A stretch of 64,000 nt of DNA from Octopus vulgaris (lineage: Eukaryota): positions 13,330,001 to 13,394,000 of the forward strand of contig OX597834.1 of the NCBI GenBank assembly GCA_951406725.2, given 5' to 3'. How positions within the stretch are numbered: the first letter of the stretch is position 1; the number at the start of each line of letters is the position of its first letter. Below the pieces are notes generated by a model, which was not told the DNA's origin, did no database searches, and worked only from the letters and a program-made list of their open reading frames with translations. Shown here piece by piece: positions 28,490 to 43,045 of the stretch. A program made the position numbers and the translations under genes.

Positions 28490-28755
28490 AGGGATAGCGG
28501 CTAGTGTATTGCACTTACGATTGTGAGATCGTGGGTTCGATTCCCAGACCATTTGTTGCATTGTGTTCTTGAGAAATGCACTTCATTTTACGCGGTTCTG
28601 TCATTATCTCATCATTTGACAATGTGGCACACGGCAATGTCGATTTCATGGAGGAATTGAGCATAAGTGAACACAAATATTTGATCCCTATAAATAAATC
28701 ACCTGTGTGGTTGTTCGGCAAGCAATTGTAAGCCATCATACGTCGTCTAACGACG
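28490..28755 (+). mobile_element. Older tRNA-derived SINE (family D)
   Basis: B box GGGTTCGATTCC followed by TGTGTTCTTGAG..GCACTTCATTT. Confidence 0.6.
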
Positions 28756-28761
28756 GGACAG

Positions 28762-28980
28762 AGGCGGCAAGTTGGCTGGACCGTTAGCACGCCGCTTTAC
28801 AGTATTTCGTCTGACGTTACGTTCTGAGTTCAAATTCCGCCGAGGTCGACTTATCCTTTCAACCTTTCGGGGTCGATTAAATAAGTACTAGTTACGCACT
28901 GAAGTCGATGTAATCGACTTAATCTCTTTGTCTGTTCTTGTTTGTCCCCTCTGCGTTTAGCCCTCTGTGAGCCATAAAGA
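28762..28980 (+). mobile_element. SINE family B
   Basis: GTTCTGAGTTCAAATTCCGCCGAGGTCGAC..CCTTTCGGGGTCGAT. Confidence 0.88.
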
Positions 28981-29186
28981 TATATATATATTGCCGATTT
29001 ATTGTCGATTGATTTTTTTTCCTTTGTGGTAGCACATTGCTCCTGGCTGTTTATATTACTTTTTAGTATATATGTATATTTATAAACAGAGAGAAAGAGA
29101 GAAAAAGAGATAGAAAGAGGTAGATAGATAGATATATAGATAGATAGATAGATAGATAGACAGATGTACAACTACATATCCGTGTT

Positions 29187-29307
<121 letters not shown>

Positions 29308-29708
29308 CGCGCGCACACTGGAGACACACACCAGAATAGGTGAGAGTTATAGATTACAGTAACAATGAAAGTCGAGTGATATACCATGGAAATGATATTC
29401 CCGTTTGATATAAGAAGCCCGATAAGCAAGTATATCCTGGAATGTCATTTTGAGTTCTTTTATAAAATTCAAGAATTTGTACGATTTCAATAGATATAAC
29501 GGGCTTGTCTTTAAATTTCGAGCAAATCTTATCTTGTGTGCCATTGCATGAATTTAACAACTATTCACTGATGTGTATAAATAAATATATACATACACAC
29601 ACACACACACATATATACATATATATATATATATACGTATATATGTGTGTGTGTATATATATGTGTGAGTGTGTGTATGTATGCATGTGAGTGTGCTTCT
29701 GTATATAC

Positions 29709-29778
<70 letters not shown>

Positions 29779-31138
29779 TGATATGCTATAGCTGAATGCT
29801 ATTTTTAGAGCGATGATTCATTGCGCTGCAAGATTCTTCGTATAGCAAAGTATGGAAAATATTACCTCCTGAATAGAATTCAGACTCCTTCACGGAAAGG
29901 ACTCTTTCCAGAATCGTAGTTCGTTAATACTTAAAGGCCCTTGGGTGTAAATAAAGCCTTGTCTGAAAATTCAACCAACTCAGAAAACAATATGTTAATA
30001 TGAAACATATTTGTCTCGTCCATTTGCCCTCTGGTGCACACTGTGGTTTCTACGCATACGAACAGAAACACGCATACATACACACACGCAGCTCTTGCGC
30101 GCACTAGTTTAGCCGGAACACTGCTAATATCTTCCCTTCATTCAGACTTCTTCTTCCGGTCGATCATTTCATCATCTTGATCCATTAATATCTACACTAT
30201 TTTTCTCTATGTATTATTTCCCTCTTTCTCTCCCAAATTTTTCCTCTCAGTCCTTTCTGTGACAGAGCGGAGGCTCGAAGCTTAAAACAGTTTTTCCATA
30301 CTCCCCGAGCATCAACTAATACCCCTGGTTGTGGCTCCCTCAACTGTCATTGTGTTTTGTCTTCTGTAAATTTGAACTAGGCGTCCAGAAGTGAGGAAGG
30401 GCAAGCCCTTGATATCAGCTTCGGTTCCACCGGTCCTGTCAATGTTGGATGGGAGTTTCTCCCCTTTTTACAATATAGCCGGAGAAATATCGTCTCGTTA
30501 ACCAACTGGATGAGATATCCACCAGGGTGTGGGACAACCACGTTGTCTTAGTAACATCCGTTACTTTTTATTATACTTTATATATATATATATATTAGGG
30601 TGTTTGTGTGTGTCCCTATGAGCTAGATGTTAAGTAACCATGTAAGGGATAATAAATATCCACTATACTACTGGATGTATAGCTACGTATATACATCCAA
30701 GTGTTTACTATTTCAAGACAATATCACAGTTGTTTACTAGGTATGGGTGTGGTAAAAGAAAAATTTACCTCGAATATATAAGGTAAATATCAAAATGGAG
30801 ATGATAAACAATTGACATACATCAGCCCCGAAACATTCAATTATATCTAATTATTAATTGATTACAATCATATGTGTAAGTGATCCAAATAAACGAATGA
30901 AATATGCAAATAAATGATTAAATAAATATATAAATAAAAATTAAGGAATAAGAAAAGATTAGTGTACAATTACTAAACTCTTTCAAATATCATCGTCCAC
31001 TTCGAAAGTTTTCTTCAGTCTGTTATTTATTTGAAGTTGCTCCGTAGTCGAGAGCTGAAATTTATTCATTCTCACCTCATCGACGTTTCGCTGATTCGCT
31101 TTCAATTCACGATACGGCAGCGGGTAGTGAGAGGTATA

Positions 31139-31313
31139 TCCTCTATCAATCTACTGTCCCCTAGATTTCGCTGAACAGCCTGGAAAAATCTTGTGAAGAT
31201 GTATTGCCTAAGGCTACATGGTATATTCTCCATCAATCTATTGTCCCCTAGACTTGGCTAAATAGCCTGGAAAAATATTGTTGTGAAGTTGTATTGCCTA
31301 AGGACACATGGTA
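31139..31313. repeat. Tandem duplication, about 87-nt unit x2
   Basis: ATCAATCTA.TGTCCCCTAGA..GCCTGGAAAAAT..GTATTGCCTAAGG..CATGGTA occurs twice. Confidence 0.85.
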
Positions 31314-31919
31314 AGATTTGTGCCAGTATCTTAAACGTATGATATAGTAAATATGGGCAGATCCCGCAAACCTTTTCACTACGTGTCTCCATCGTAGTAT
31401 AGATGATGAGGAAGCATTTATGTATTGAAAGGTCTTGCCGTTACCCTTGTTTTTCACGAGAATGATGAGGTATGGGATGAGAAATTTAATAAACATGGAA
31501 GTTCGTTGTTCGGATTGCGACCAAGTCAATGAATATGGCGATGTTCATCATATCTATTGTTCTTCATATCTGTGAAGATTATGATGTTCATTAAATATTT
31601 CTGATAAAGATCTTATTATTTGTGTTCATTAAAATCTAGTAATTGATAGGAATATATGAATACTGCTGATTACAGGAGGACATTTGTTTCGTAATAAATG
31701 TCTGTAAATTTCTACGCCAGGCTAATTACTGTATACGATAGAGATGTTTTTTTTTTTTGTCTTTTGCTGTTGATTTACATAAAAATATTTTGTAGATGAT
31801 GATGAGGAATATGAGGATGGAAATAGGGGGAAAATGATGATGGTGCCGGTGAGAGGTTACCGGCTATTATAACGGTTTTGATTAATACCATGGACATTGC
31901 GATGATGCAATTCATAAGC

Positions 31920-31985
31920 ACGATGATGATGATGGTGGTGGTTGTGGTGGTGGTGGTGGTAGTGATCACGATGACTATGCTGAAT

Positions 31986-32026
<41 letters not shown>

Positions 32027-32053
32027 GATGATGATGATCATGATGATCATGAA

Positions 32054-32124
<71 letters not shown>

Positions 32125-32360
32125 CAGTGGTGGTGGTGGTAATGATGATGATGATAATGATGATGATGATGATTATGGCAACGATGACGACTATGAGGAC
32201 GATGATTATGATGATGATGATGATGATGACGATGATGATGATAAAGATCACGACGTCGTCGACAAGGACGACGACGAAGTTGATACTGATAATGATGACA
32301 ACGACGACGACGACGATGATGATGATGATGAAGATGACGACGATTATGATGATCAATGCT
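31920..32360. repeat. Compound (GAT)n/(GGT)n/(GAC)n microsatellite
   Basis: Triplet runs; source of the poly-M/H/I ORFs. Confidence 0.95.
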
Positions 32361-32859
32361 GATGTAGTTGCTTGTATATGTGTGTGTAATAGTGTACAAA
32401 GTTCTCATTTCTGCTCTTAATTTAATTTCAGTAATCGATACAAACACACACCTCCTCCAGATTAGCACAGGGTGTTTTGTATCGAAACAGAAATGTCTGT
32501 AGATTTCAATGCGATGCTATTTGCACTAATAAATACTTTTGTTGCTCAAATTATCTAATTTCAGCATTATTTGTATGAATGGTTACAATTTTGTATCTCA
32601 ATTCCAATTTCAATTTGACGAAACCTTCAATCATTTACGATAAAATTTTTCCTTGTTTTATTCAAAGGAATGCGGCCCATGCTGGAGTAGTTCTTCCAAT
32701 GATATTAGTCGATATCAGTAATCATTTTTAAGCGAGGTAGATTTTTCTGTCGGTATCTTATATCCGAACCGCTAATTTGTGGGGACGTACACCCGCCAAC
32801 ACCGGTTGACAAACGGTGGTAGGAGACATATATATATAGTTTGGATTTATATTCCCTCA

Positions 32860-32899
<40 letters not shown>

Positions 32900-32939
32900 A
32901 TTATTATAATTATAATTATTATAATTATTATTATTATTA

Positions 32940-33018
<79 letters not shown>

Positions 33019-33020
<2 letters not shown>

Positions 33021-33824
33021 TTGTTTTATTTTTATTTTTATAGCGTGCTTTCACTTCACTACCGAGCGCAGCTCTGTGTGCCTTGGGTATGTGCTGTGAT
33101 TTGTTGTGATGCTCTGATGGTTATTGTATGGAAAGTGTTCTGCGTAGGATGTGTGCAGTGCCTAGTAGTGCAATTTTCTGTATGTTATATGTGTTTGTAA
33201 GTCCTGGTGTTTTTGTTATGTATTTGTCTGAATATTTTTTTATCATGCCTAATGCACCTACTATGATAGGAATTGTTTCTGTTTTCAGATTCCACCTTCT
33301 AGTTACCTCTATTTCCAGGTCTTTGTATTTTGAGAGTTTCTCCATTTCTTTTAGAGACACGTTGTCATCTGCCGGTACTGATACATCAATTAGAAAGCAT
33401 TTTTTTCTTCATGGTCTCTGACAACTATATCTGGTCTGTTGGCCTTAATTTCCCTATCTGTGTGTATCGGCATATCCCAGAGTATGGTTGCTTTCTCGCT
33501 TTCTGTGACCTTTTCTTGTGTGTGCCTATACCATCTTTTTTCTGTTGTTATTCCATAATGTTGGCATAGCTTCCAATGTATGTAAGTTCCAACTCTGTCA
33601 TGTCTGTGAATATATTCCTTCTTAGCCAGGACTGGGCAGCTAGAGATAATATGATTTATTGTTTCTTGTCCATCTCCACATATTCTGCAGTTACTTGTAA
33701 TATTTCTTTTCATTACATGTCTTTGGTAATTTCTGGTGGGGAGGCTTTGGTCTTGTGCTGCAATTAAAAATCCCTCTGTTTCTGCTTTGAGTCCTGAGCT
33801 TCTCAACCATTGCTGGGATTTTTC
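33019..33824 (-). mobile_element. 5'-truncated R4/Dong-clade non-LTR retrotransposon in a (TAA)n tract
   Basis: ETEGFLIAAQDQ, CCHC knuckle CRICGDGQETINHIISSC, RHD, restriction-like endonuclease RPDIV..IDVSVP..EKLSKY, IIVGALG; one frameshift in a homopolymer near 33400. Confidence 0.92.
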
Positions 33825-33865
33825 TTCTTCTTCTTCTTCTTCTTCTTCTTCTTCTTCTTCTTCTT

Positions 33866-33973
<108 letters not shown>

Positions 33974-33980
33974 GAACGTT

Positions 33981-34219
33981 GAACGACGATTTAACAAAAT
34001 TCTTTTATTCTCGACATATGTTTCGAAGACTGCATATTCTTAATTCCGAAGGAATAAGGGGTGCATTATGCCGCCTTCTCATCAAGAAAGAGAAGGAACT
34101 TATATCAGCGTCATGACGAACAAAAGCTCTTAGATGACTGCCCACACGGAGTCCATAGTGATATGGACTCCGTGTGGAGAATATGTGGAGAATAAAGGAA
34201 TTTTGTTAAAATGTCGTTC
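33981..34219. mobile_element. Short fold-back element with a hammerhead and an internal 16-bp hairpin
   Basis: About 38-bp terminal inverted arms; hairpin CCACACGGAGTCCATA/TATGGACTCCGTGTGG at 34142-34177. Confidence 0.7.
34008..34089 (-). ncRNA. Hammerhead motif with extended stem II
   Basis: tttc TTGATGA GAAGGC..GTCTTC GAAA CATATG TC gaga; palindromic stem III, GUC site. Confidence 0.7.
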
Positions 34220-34389
34220 GACTCCATTCTTTCATTTATTTATAGTAAAAAAAAAAACACACAATTTTCCACACGAAAGCAGGTGATCTCTGCCCTTGGC
34301 ATGTAGCTTCAACCGTGTCTTCTGACGTGAATTTGCTACCCAGGTATCGGTTACCCGAATTATCCATACTAGGATAATTCATTCAACTA

Positions 34390-34481
<92 letters not shown>

Positions 34482-34723
34482 ACATGAGTGTGAGAAATTG
34501 GATATTAATTTAATTAAAATGAGATCAATTTAACACCAGTGGTCTAGCATATTAAAATGTATTATATCCATATGAGAGGGATGAGAACTATGTGGACAAA
34601 CCTTGTGCTAGAAGTAGATCGACTATGGTCTTACCAATAAGAAATGTTCTCAAGAGAATTTTAGCAAACTTTTCTTCCACATAGTGGTCATCCCTCTCAT
34701 ATGAATATATACGTATATATACA

Positions 34724-34796
<73 letters not shown>

Positions 34797-35210
34797 ATAT
34801 ATATATGCATATACATACATATATATATATATACGCATAAGTACAGTAGATGATGTGTGGTAAGAAGCTTGTTTTCAACCACATGGTCCCGGTTTCCGAA
34901 TACTGTTTCCCCAGAGAAAGCTCACGTCGACTCGACGCTATAGTCGAAAACATGTGCACAGGGAACATTTTTAATTTTTATTTGTTACATCCTAATCTGG
35001 GTGTTTTCGTTTACCGCTTTTTACTTTCTACTTTTTCTATATGATACCTTTTTGGTTTTTTAAGTGTTTAAACTGTTATTCAATTTTTCTTTAGTTCGTT
35101 TTCGTATTTTGTTTGTGCCTGAGTAATATATTTCAGTATTCTTCAAAATATGGAAATATTAGTAGTGCTTATATGTATTGTAGCCCTTAAATACATTCTA
35201 TAGAGTATAC

Positions 35211-35259
<49 letters not shown>

Positions 35260-35456
35260 GGAGATGTATACCTATAGCAAGTGACCTGATTTCACATTGT
35301 GTGCTGAAGCGAAAACAATTGCAGCGTGGAAGGTTTTTATAAGCCATTTAAAACACTCAAAATAGATTCACTTCAACATTTAAATTTAATTTGCCAAAAT
35401 ATTTTCGTTGCCTTGACATACATATATGTATATATATTTATATATATATATATATA

Positions 35457-35524
<68 letters not shown>

Positions 35525-35730
35525 TATATATATATATATAAAGTAGAAATACGTTACGAAAAGAAAATATAAAATAGACATGGAAATGCAATCATCTCAT
35601 AATTATGACTTTTATGTATTTTATTACTGCCTCAGTCCATCTAATTGTATATATCTGTAGTTACCTTTCATAAAAAGCCTTTTCATATTGTCATTTACAA
35701 TGTGCATTTTCATTGATTTTTCATATTTTC

Positions 35731-35897
<167 letters not shown>

Positions 35898-35900
35898 ATA

Positions 35901-36125
35901 TATCTGTAAATAAATATGTTACCATTATACAATAGTCAAGATAAAAATCTGAGTTTTAGATTGATACCGAAGTGTAAATCCACAACACCATCTCGACATC
36001 TGAAACTCAGAGTTTTATCTTGACTTTTGTATAATGGTAACATATTTATTTACAGATAAATTTCCTCTATTTACATAATATTGAGGTCTCTTTCTTTATT
36101 TTATTATCTTACCGTTTTTACCAAT
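35901..36125. mobile_element. (TA)n-flanked fold-back element with 3' extension
   Basis: Arms 35901-35960 and 35997-36058; contains GAAACTCAGAGT as at 9962. Confidence 0.7.
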
Positions 36126-36146
36126 ATATATGTATATATATTTGTA

Positions 36147-36211
<65 letters not shown>

Positions 36212-36213
36212 GT

Positions 36214-36321
<108 letters not shown>

Positions 36322-36844
36322 CGCACTCAGATAGATAGATATACGTGTGTGTGTGTGTGTGATTAAACTTCACATAGATTTCGAAGCGCTTTGTTCTTCG
36401 CGGAAGAGCCAGTCGCTTTCTCGCTGTCGCTTTTACTCGTAGCACTCACAAACCCACGTAGCCGATGCATTCAAGATTCCCCTTCATATTCACTCCTGTC
36501 AATCATTGACCTCTTTACTAAAATATAGTTGATGTCAATGTTTGTATCGAATATAAATTAAGAACACATAAAATTCTTCATTACAGTTGCCATGCAATCA
36601 TATCACTTTTTCGAGCAACACTCTATGGCTTCTTGTCTACCGAAGAAATTGCTATTCTCGTATTTCCTGTCACATTTCTGTATTGTTTCTTGGAAAAGAC
36701 GAAGTTTTGGTGATTTTGGTTGTGTATCGATGTTACCAGACATAATACAATCTTCTAAATACTGCTGATGTTTATCTCACATTCACCATTTACAGAACGA
36801 CATAATCGTTTATTTCTGTGTCCGTATTAGTAAGGCGTACAGAA

Positions 36845-37613
36845 TGGTGGCAAGCTGGTCGAATGGTTAGCACCTGAGACCAAGTTCTTAGAAGCATTCC
36901 GTTCGTTTTTTATTTCATGTATCAGAATTATTAAGGCAGAATGGTTAGCACCCGAGACCAAGTTCTTAGAAGCATTTCGTTCGTTTTTTATTTCATGTAT
37001 CAGAATTATTAAGGCAGAATGGTTAGCACCCAAGACCAAGTTCTTAGAAGCATTTTGTTCGCTTTTTTTTTCTATTTTTATGTAACAGTATTATTAAGGC
37101 AGAATGGTTAGCACCCAAGACCAAGTTCTTAGAAGCATTTCGTTCGTTTTTTTATTTTTATGTTCTGAGTTCTAATGTCACCCCGGTCGACTTTGCATTT
37201 CTTCCTGACATGGTCTATAATACAAGCACCTACTGGATACTGGAGTCGATAAAATAAGTACCACTCAAACACTGGGACCGATGAAATCAAGTAGACCCCG
37301 TTCCCTCAAATTGCTGCTCTGGTGTGAATATTTGAAATCAATATCATTAATAGAAACAATATGGCAGTGAGGTGGCTGATTCGTTAGCACGCCGGGCAAA
37401 GTACTTAGCCGTATCAGTGGTGCGACCGACTTCACGTTCTGAGTTCAAATTCCAGCGAGTTTAATTATCCTCCTTATCATTTAGGGATCGATAAACTTAA
37501 TTACTGGCTCAGCACTGGTGTGGATATAATGGACTTCCGTACTGTGCCTTTACTTTGGGTCCTGTGCCAAAATGTTTAATTCAGTTATTGTTAAATCTAT
37601 TATTATTATTATA

Positions 37614-37684
<71 letters not shown>

Positions 37685-37920
37685 GGCGGCAACCTGGTAG
37701 ACTCGTTAGGACGCTGGGCAAAATGCTTAAGGGCATTTCGTCTGTCTTCAGGTTTTGAGTTCAAATTCCACCGAGGTCGACTTTACTGTTAATCCTTTTG
37801 GTGTCGATGATATTATTATTATTATTATTATTATTAGTATTATTGTAATTATTGAAAGTTATGTCCTGATAGTGCCGTGAGCACGCCGGGCAAATAGGTG
37901 AGCAGCCTTCCGTCAGTTAG
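36845..37920 (+). mobile_element. Head-to-tail cluster of SINE family B copies
   Basis: Head repeated x4 (starts 36861, 36939, 37017, 37102), further copies at about 37362 and 37684, the latter after a (TTA)n run. Confidence 0.8.
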
Positions 37921-39080
37921 TAAGAAATATTTAGCAAGTAACAGCAAGTAAGAAATATTCGATGTCTATACCCGTAACGTCACAACTACCTCGCATCCGT
38001 TCTCTAAAAAGAGCAACCATAAACATATCACTTCCAAAATCCACATGCTTGCATCTAATGTTTCGAATACCAGGACAACTATAACTAAAAAAGCCATAAG
38101 TACTTCTACGATCAATGATATAAGTGACACCACGACAGTACATAATAAAGAGGATGACCTAGTCGTCCCAGAGTGCTAACATCAAAAGTATTACTTCCTT
38201 TAGTAGCAGGGCAACTTCCCCATCACTAGTCATTACTATTTTGCAAATATACGCAATCATAAAAAAATAAGAAGAATCCTTAAATATCTCGTTTGTAATG
38301 ACAATGTAATATTGAGAATACATTGCTGAGAATTGCGGCAGCATCATCATTCACATTAAGAACATCATTATCAACTGCCAGAAGGGTAATACAAATAAAA
38401 ACCAGAATAACACCCAACACAAACACTAACAGCAATGAAGTACAAAACCGCTATGAATAAGAAACATACGGCTTCACTCCCAACGTCACATTCAGCTGAA
38501 ATCTTCTCCTACCCAATACATCACCGCAGTCAAACAGCTCTCTTTTACTAGCGTTGCCAAAGGCAATGAAAAAGGATAAAGAAAAAGAAAAAGAACCGGA
38601 CGACAATAACAGGAAGAGGCGATGTACAAGCGGTGTTCTAAGCTTGTGTGACAGGAATAAATAGTTGAAGTCTTCGTTGTGATTGTAAAGAAAAATAATC
38701 AACGGCCATATTGGCTTGTTGGCTTTCACTTGTAGATTAGATCCGTGTGTAGAATGAGTAGAATCAGTGCCACAACTAAGAGCGCGCATGAGTACGTATG
38801 AAGGTGTTATTGCAATGTGTATGCAATGTTTTGATGTATGTTCTCATTTCGCTTCTGCCATATATATCCGTATGTATGCATATTGCGTATGCGTATGCGT
38901 GTGTGTGTATGTATGTGTGTGTACTTGTATGTGTATGTGTGTGTAATGGCATAAGCATATGTAATTGTGTGTTTATTACATGTCTATTTCCGGGTAAGTT
39001 TGCTTTGCGTGGATAGGTATAACGACAATGAAATCTCATAAGTTTGATTGAATTCCTATGCGTCAGATTGTATGAATATA

Positions 39081-39222
<142 letters not shown>

Positions 39223-39717
39223 CATTTTTATCTCTGTATGATGTATGTATGGGTCTGTATACACACATATATATATATATATGTATGTATTAATACCTAT
39301 ATATATGCATATATACATACATACATGCATACATATATATGCATATATATATGTATATATATATACACAAATATATATACAAATATATATATGTTTATAT
39401 ACAAACTTACATACATATACACACACAAATAAATATATATATATATATATAATATATATATAATATTTAATAGATGTCTGTCTCTTTACTTTCAATTAGA
39501 AAACGGAGTGCAAATATGTAATAGATAAGTTTATCATGAAATACAGGAATTCTTGGAATATGGTGCTTCTACTCGTTGAAGTCGCAGATTTTCGCAATGA
39601 CTCATTCCTTCCTGTTACCTGTATTCTTACTCTCTTTTACACGATTACTAACATGCAGAGACACACACACAAAGCACACAGCTCATACAAAAGGTACAAA
39701 CACACACACACAACATA

Positions 39718-39910
39718 GCGTCTACATATATACACGCATGCACACACACACACACGTCTACATATATACACGCATGCACACGTCTACATATATACACGCA
39801 TGCACACGTCTACATATATACACGCATGCACACGTCTACATATATACACGCATGCACACGTCTACATATATACACGCATGCACGTCTACATATATACACG
39901 CATGCACACA
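39718..39910. repeat. 26-nt minisatellite, about 7 copies
   Basis: CGTCTACATATATACACGCATGCACA unit. Confidence 0.9.
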
Positions 39911-40599
39911 CACACACACACATGTAGATATATAGAGAGAGGGAGCAAGAGAGGGAGCAAAGGAGGGACACACAGAGATCGGTGCAGCACTTATGCAGAG
40001 AGAGAGAGAGAGAGCGAGAGAATGACAAAAGATAGACACGCACACATGACCAAACACCCGCAAGGAGCCACACACACACAGATATACATAGTCCCACGTC
40101 ATACACGCACAATGCCAAGACACACACAGCCATCCTCCCACATTCCTATAGCCACACCAATTCCCAGACCCTTCTTCAGACAAAGCTCCCACACTACTCT
40201 CACTTGCACGCAGGCACACACGTATACGCATATGTACGCACAAACACACGCACAAACACACACACATGCAAGAAAAACATTAAAGCAAATTCATATTCCT
40301 CCAGTCACACGCCCTTCAAACTGCTTCGCTCTGCCTCTCAAAAAACCCGTCCCTAACTCACCATTAACCAATCCATCAACGCTCACCGCTAAAACACACA
40401 TGCATAAACACACACACACATACACACAGACACACATACACACAGACACACATACACACACACTTCCACTCCTCCTCCCACAAACACGAACCTGTCACTG
40501 TAGCTGCTGATCCTTCACTACGTCAGTACACTCACATTTAAAACCGTACGCACACATACAATCACTCACATACATACACACAGAGATAACTATCTCTTC

Positions 40600-40818
40600 A
40601 CCACCCACAAGGGGCTAAACACAGAGGGGGCAAACAAGGACAGACAAACGGATCAAGTCGATTATATCGACCCAGTGCGTAACTGGTACTTAATTTATCG
40701 ACCCCGAAAGGATAAGAGGTAAAGTCGACCTCGGCGGAATTTGAACTCAGAACGTAACGGCAGACGAAATACTGCTAAGCATTTCACCCAGCGTACTAAC
40801 GATTCTGCCAGCTCGCTA
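40600..40818 (-). mobile_element. SINE family B
   Basis: Reverse complement of the 28762 copy. Confidence 0.9.
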
Positions 40819-41047
40819 CCAACTATTCTTCACACTCACCTTTCCCAAAAAGCACTTTCTCTTTTTCGTTCAACTTCAGGTCATTTTCAAAATGTAAATA
40901 CCGTTGGAGATATTTTTTCTCCTTTCTTTTCCTGTGTTTCTTCTCTCCGAAGGAGAGCTATGCTGGAAACTTTAAACAACCACTCTTTCTTTCCTTCCCT
41001 GAGCGTTGCAATACTGCAATACTTTACATGTGTTACTCCCTTTTTAA

Positions 41048-41125
<78 letters not shown>

Positions 41126-41223
41126 TCAATATAGGGTGGCAAAAAAAATTTTGTAGAATTATTTTGCCACCAGCGGCCTAGTGGGAAAAAATTAAATAGT
41201 CATAGACCATTTTTAAGTTCAAC

Positions 41224-41384
41224 ATCAACAATCAAGGAACGGCCATAATAGGCCATTCACCCACTAGAAATAACAGCCAAAGCTTCAACCGCAACCGGTT
41301 GAAGCTTTGGCTGTTATTTGCGGTTGAAGCTTTGGCTGTTATTTCTAGTGGGTGAATGGCCTATTATGGCCGTTCCTTGATTGT

Positions 41385-41388
<4 letters not shown>
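41224..41388. repeat. Fold-back of an element terminus, ending at (TA)n
   Basis: About 70-bp arms; the same terminus occurs singly at 23070-23140. Confidence 0.85.
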
Positions 41389-41432
<44 letters not shown>

Positions 41433-41464
41433 AGGTTTGGAGATGATGTATAGGTATTATATAA

Positions 41465-41801
41465 TAGAAAAAATGAGGTAATCAGATCGGATGGTTCATA
41501 TTTATAGATATTTATTTATATATTACATTGTTTACATATATATCTATCATATCATTCAGATCATATCATTCGGATTATTAGCGCTTTCTCCCAATCCAGC
41601 TCTAAAACTTCTTTACGTTGTTTCATTAATATTGCTAATATGTTTTTATTTGATTTGAAAACCCCACTGGATTGGGAGAAAGCGCTAATAATCCGAATGA
41701 TATGATCTGAATGATATGATAGATATATATGTAAAAAATGTAATATATAAATAAATATCTATAAATATGAACCATCCGATCTGATTACCTCATTTTTTCT
41801 A
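41465..41801. mobile_element. (TA)n-flanked fold-back element with 135-bp arms
   Basis: Arms 41465-41599 and 41667-41801; loop contains a copy of 43636-43687. Confidence 0.85.
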
Positions 41802-41844
41802 ATATACATATATATATATACATATATGTATATATATATATGAT

Positions 41845-42140
41845 AGCCTGGGCTTCAGAGGCCCACAGCTCTTCAATATCCTCCCAAAGAACCTGAGAGA
41901 CCTGCATGGAGTGGATGCAGATATCTTTAAAATAAAACTGATTCTCTTCCTGTCAGGTGTCCCAGATGAACCAACTTCACGACGGGAGGTGCAGATGAGG
42001 GCAGCTGCATCGAACTCTCTCATGCACCAAATGGGAGTTGCTAAAAAGTATTCGTGAAGTAAAATCCTATAGCAGCACCAAATGGCGGTGCCCCAACATG
42101 GCCACAGCTCATGTGCTGAAACTAGATAAAATAAAATAAG
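41845..42140 (+). mobile_element. 3' end of CR1-like LINE
   Basis: SLGFRGPQLFNILPKNLRDLHGVDADIFKIKLILFLSGVPDEP followed by the tail. Confidence 0.8.
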
Positions 42141-42789
42141 ATAAAATATATAAAAAAATATAGTCCACAGATCCCAGATCAAAATTCTCCAAAACAGAAA
42201 AAATAGCATTCAGCCAACACATCAACATTTACGACAGTAACAAAAATCCAAGCATTAGAATTTTTCTCCTCTACCAATTCAGGTACGATACAACCTGTAG
42301 CCAACGAATTAGTAAAGAGACTGTCTTTATTACAAAATATAGACACATTTTGAACGCGTCTACAACAAACGACATATATGCACCACGGCCTTAGAATAAC
42401 ACAAACTCACACGCAAATGTTAAAAAATGTTATACTCAAGAGATTCCGAAGAATTCATTAACAACTGTCCCAATCACTGTTATAATCCATAACGAGTCAT
42501 TTTTAGGTCACTTGACCATTTAACATCCTACTACTATCTCACCAGCTGCATTCCCTTCTCATTCTCCCTTCTCTTTCTCCTTCTTTTTCTTCGTATTCTT
42601 CCTGTCCGCCATCTCCTTCCTAATTTTACCACTATTGCTGTTTAGAATAACACCTACGCAAATTTTATAAACAATACATTCAAAAGAGATGCCTCAAGAT
42701 ATCAATCACTACTACCATCTATAAGTCACTTTTAGAGCACTTGACCGTTTAACACCCTACTACTATCACGGCATTCTTCTTCTTCTTCT

Positions 42790-42824
<35 letters not shown>

Positions 42825-43004
42825 TTCTCCTCCTTCTTCTTCGCTGCAAAGAATTCACAACCAACTCGAACTTACAAGAGTAAACAAGAGAGACATAGAC
42901 AAGCAGAAACAAGGAGAATTCCCCCTTGTATTTGAATAATATGCAAATATTCTTTTAAAAAACGATTCTTTTAATTTTTTCTAAAATTTAATTGTTTTCC
43001 ATAC

Positions 43005-43045
43005 TTACACTTGAAAAAGTCCCAATGACTGAAACCATTACTGAA
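43005..43045 (+). ncRNA. Degenerate hammerhead motif (U3-A8 variant)
   Basis: TTGAAAA AGTC ccaat GACT GAAA; stems I and III eroded. Confidence 0.5.

Noticed and set aside
31070-31110. Minus-strand CGAAACGTC as another hammerhead
   Set aside because: The 5' core and stems I and II could not be formed convincingly.
31775-32468. Poly-His, poly-Met and poly-Ile ORFs
   Set aside because: They come from a compound (GAT)n microsatellite; no splice or domain support.
36861-37150. Regularly spaced repeats as a CRISPR array
   Set aside because: Whole units repeat with no unique spacers, they derive from a SINE head, and the context is eukaryotic with no cas genes.
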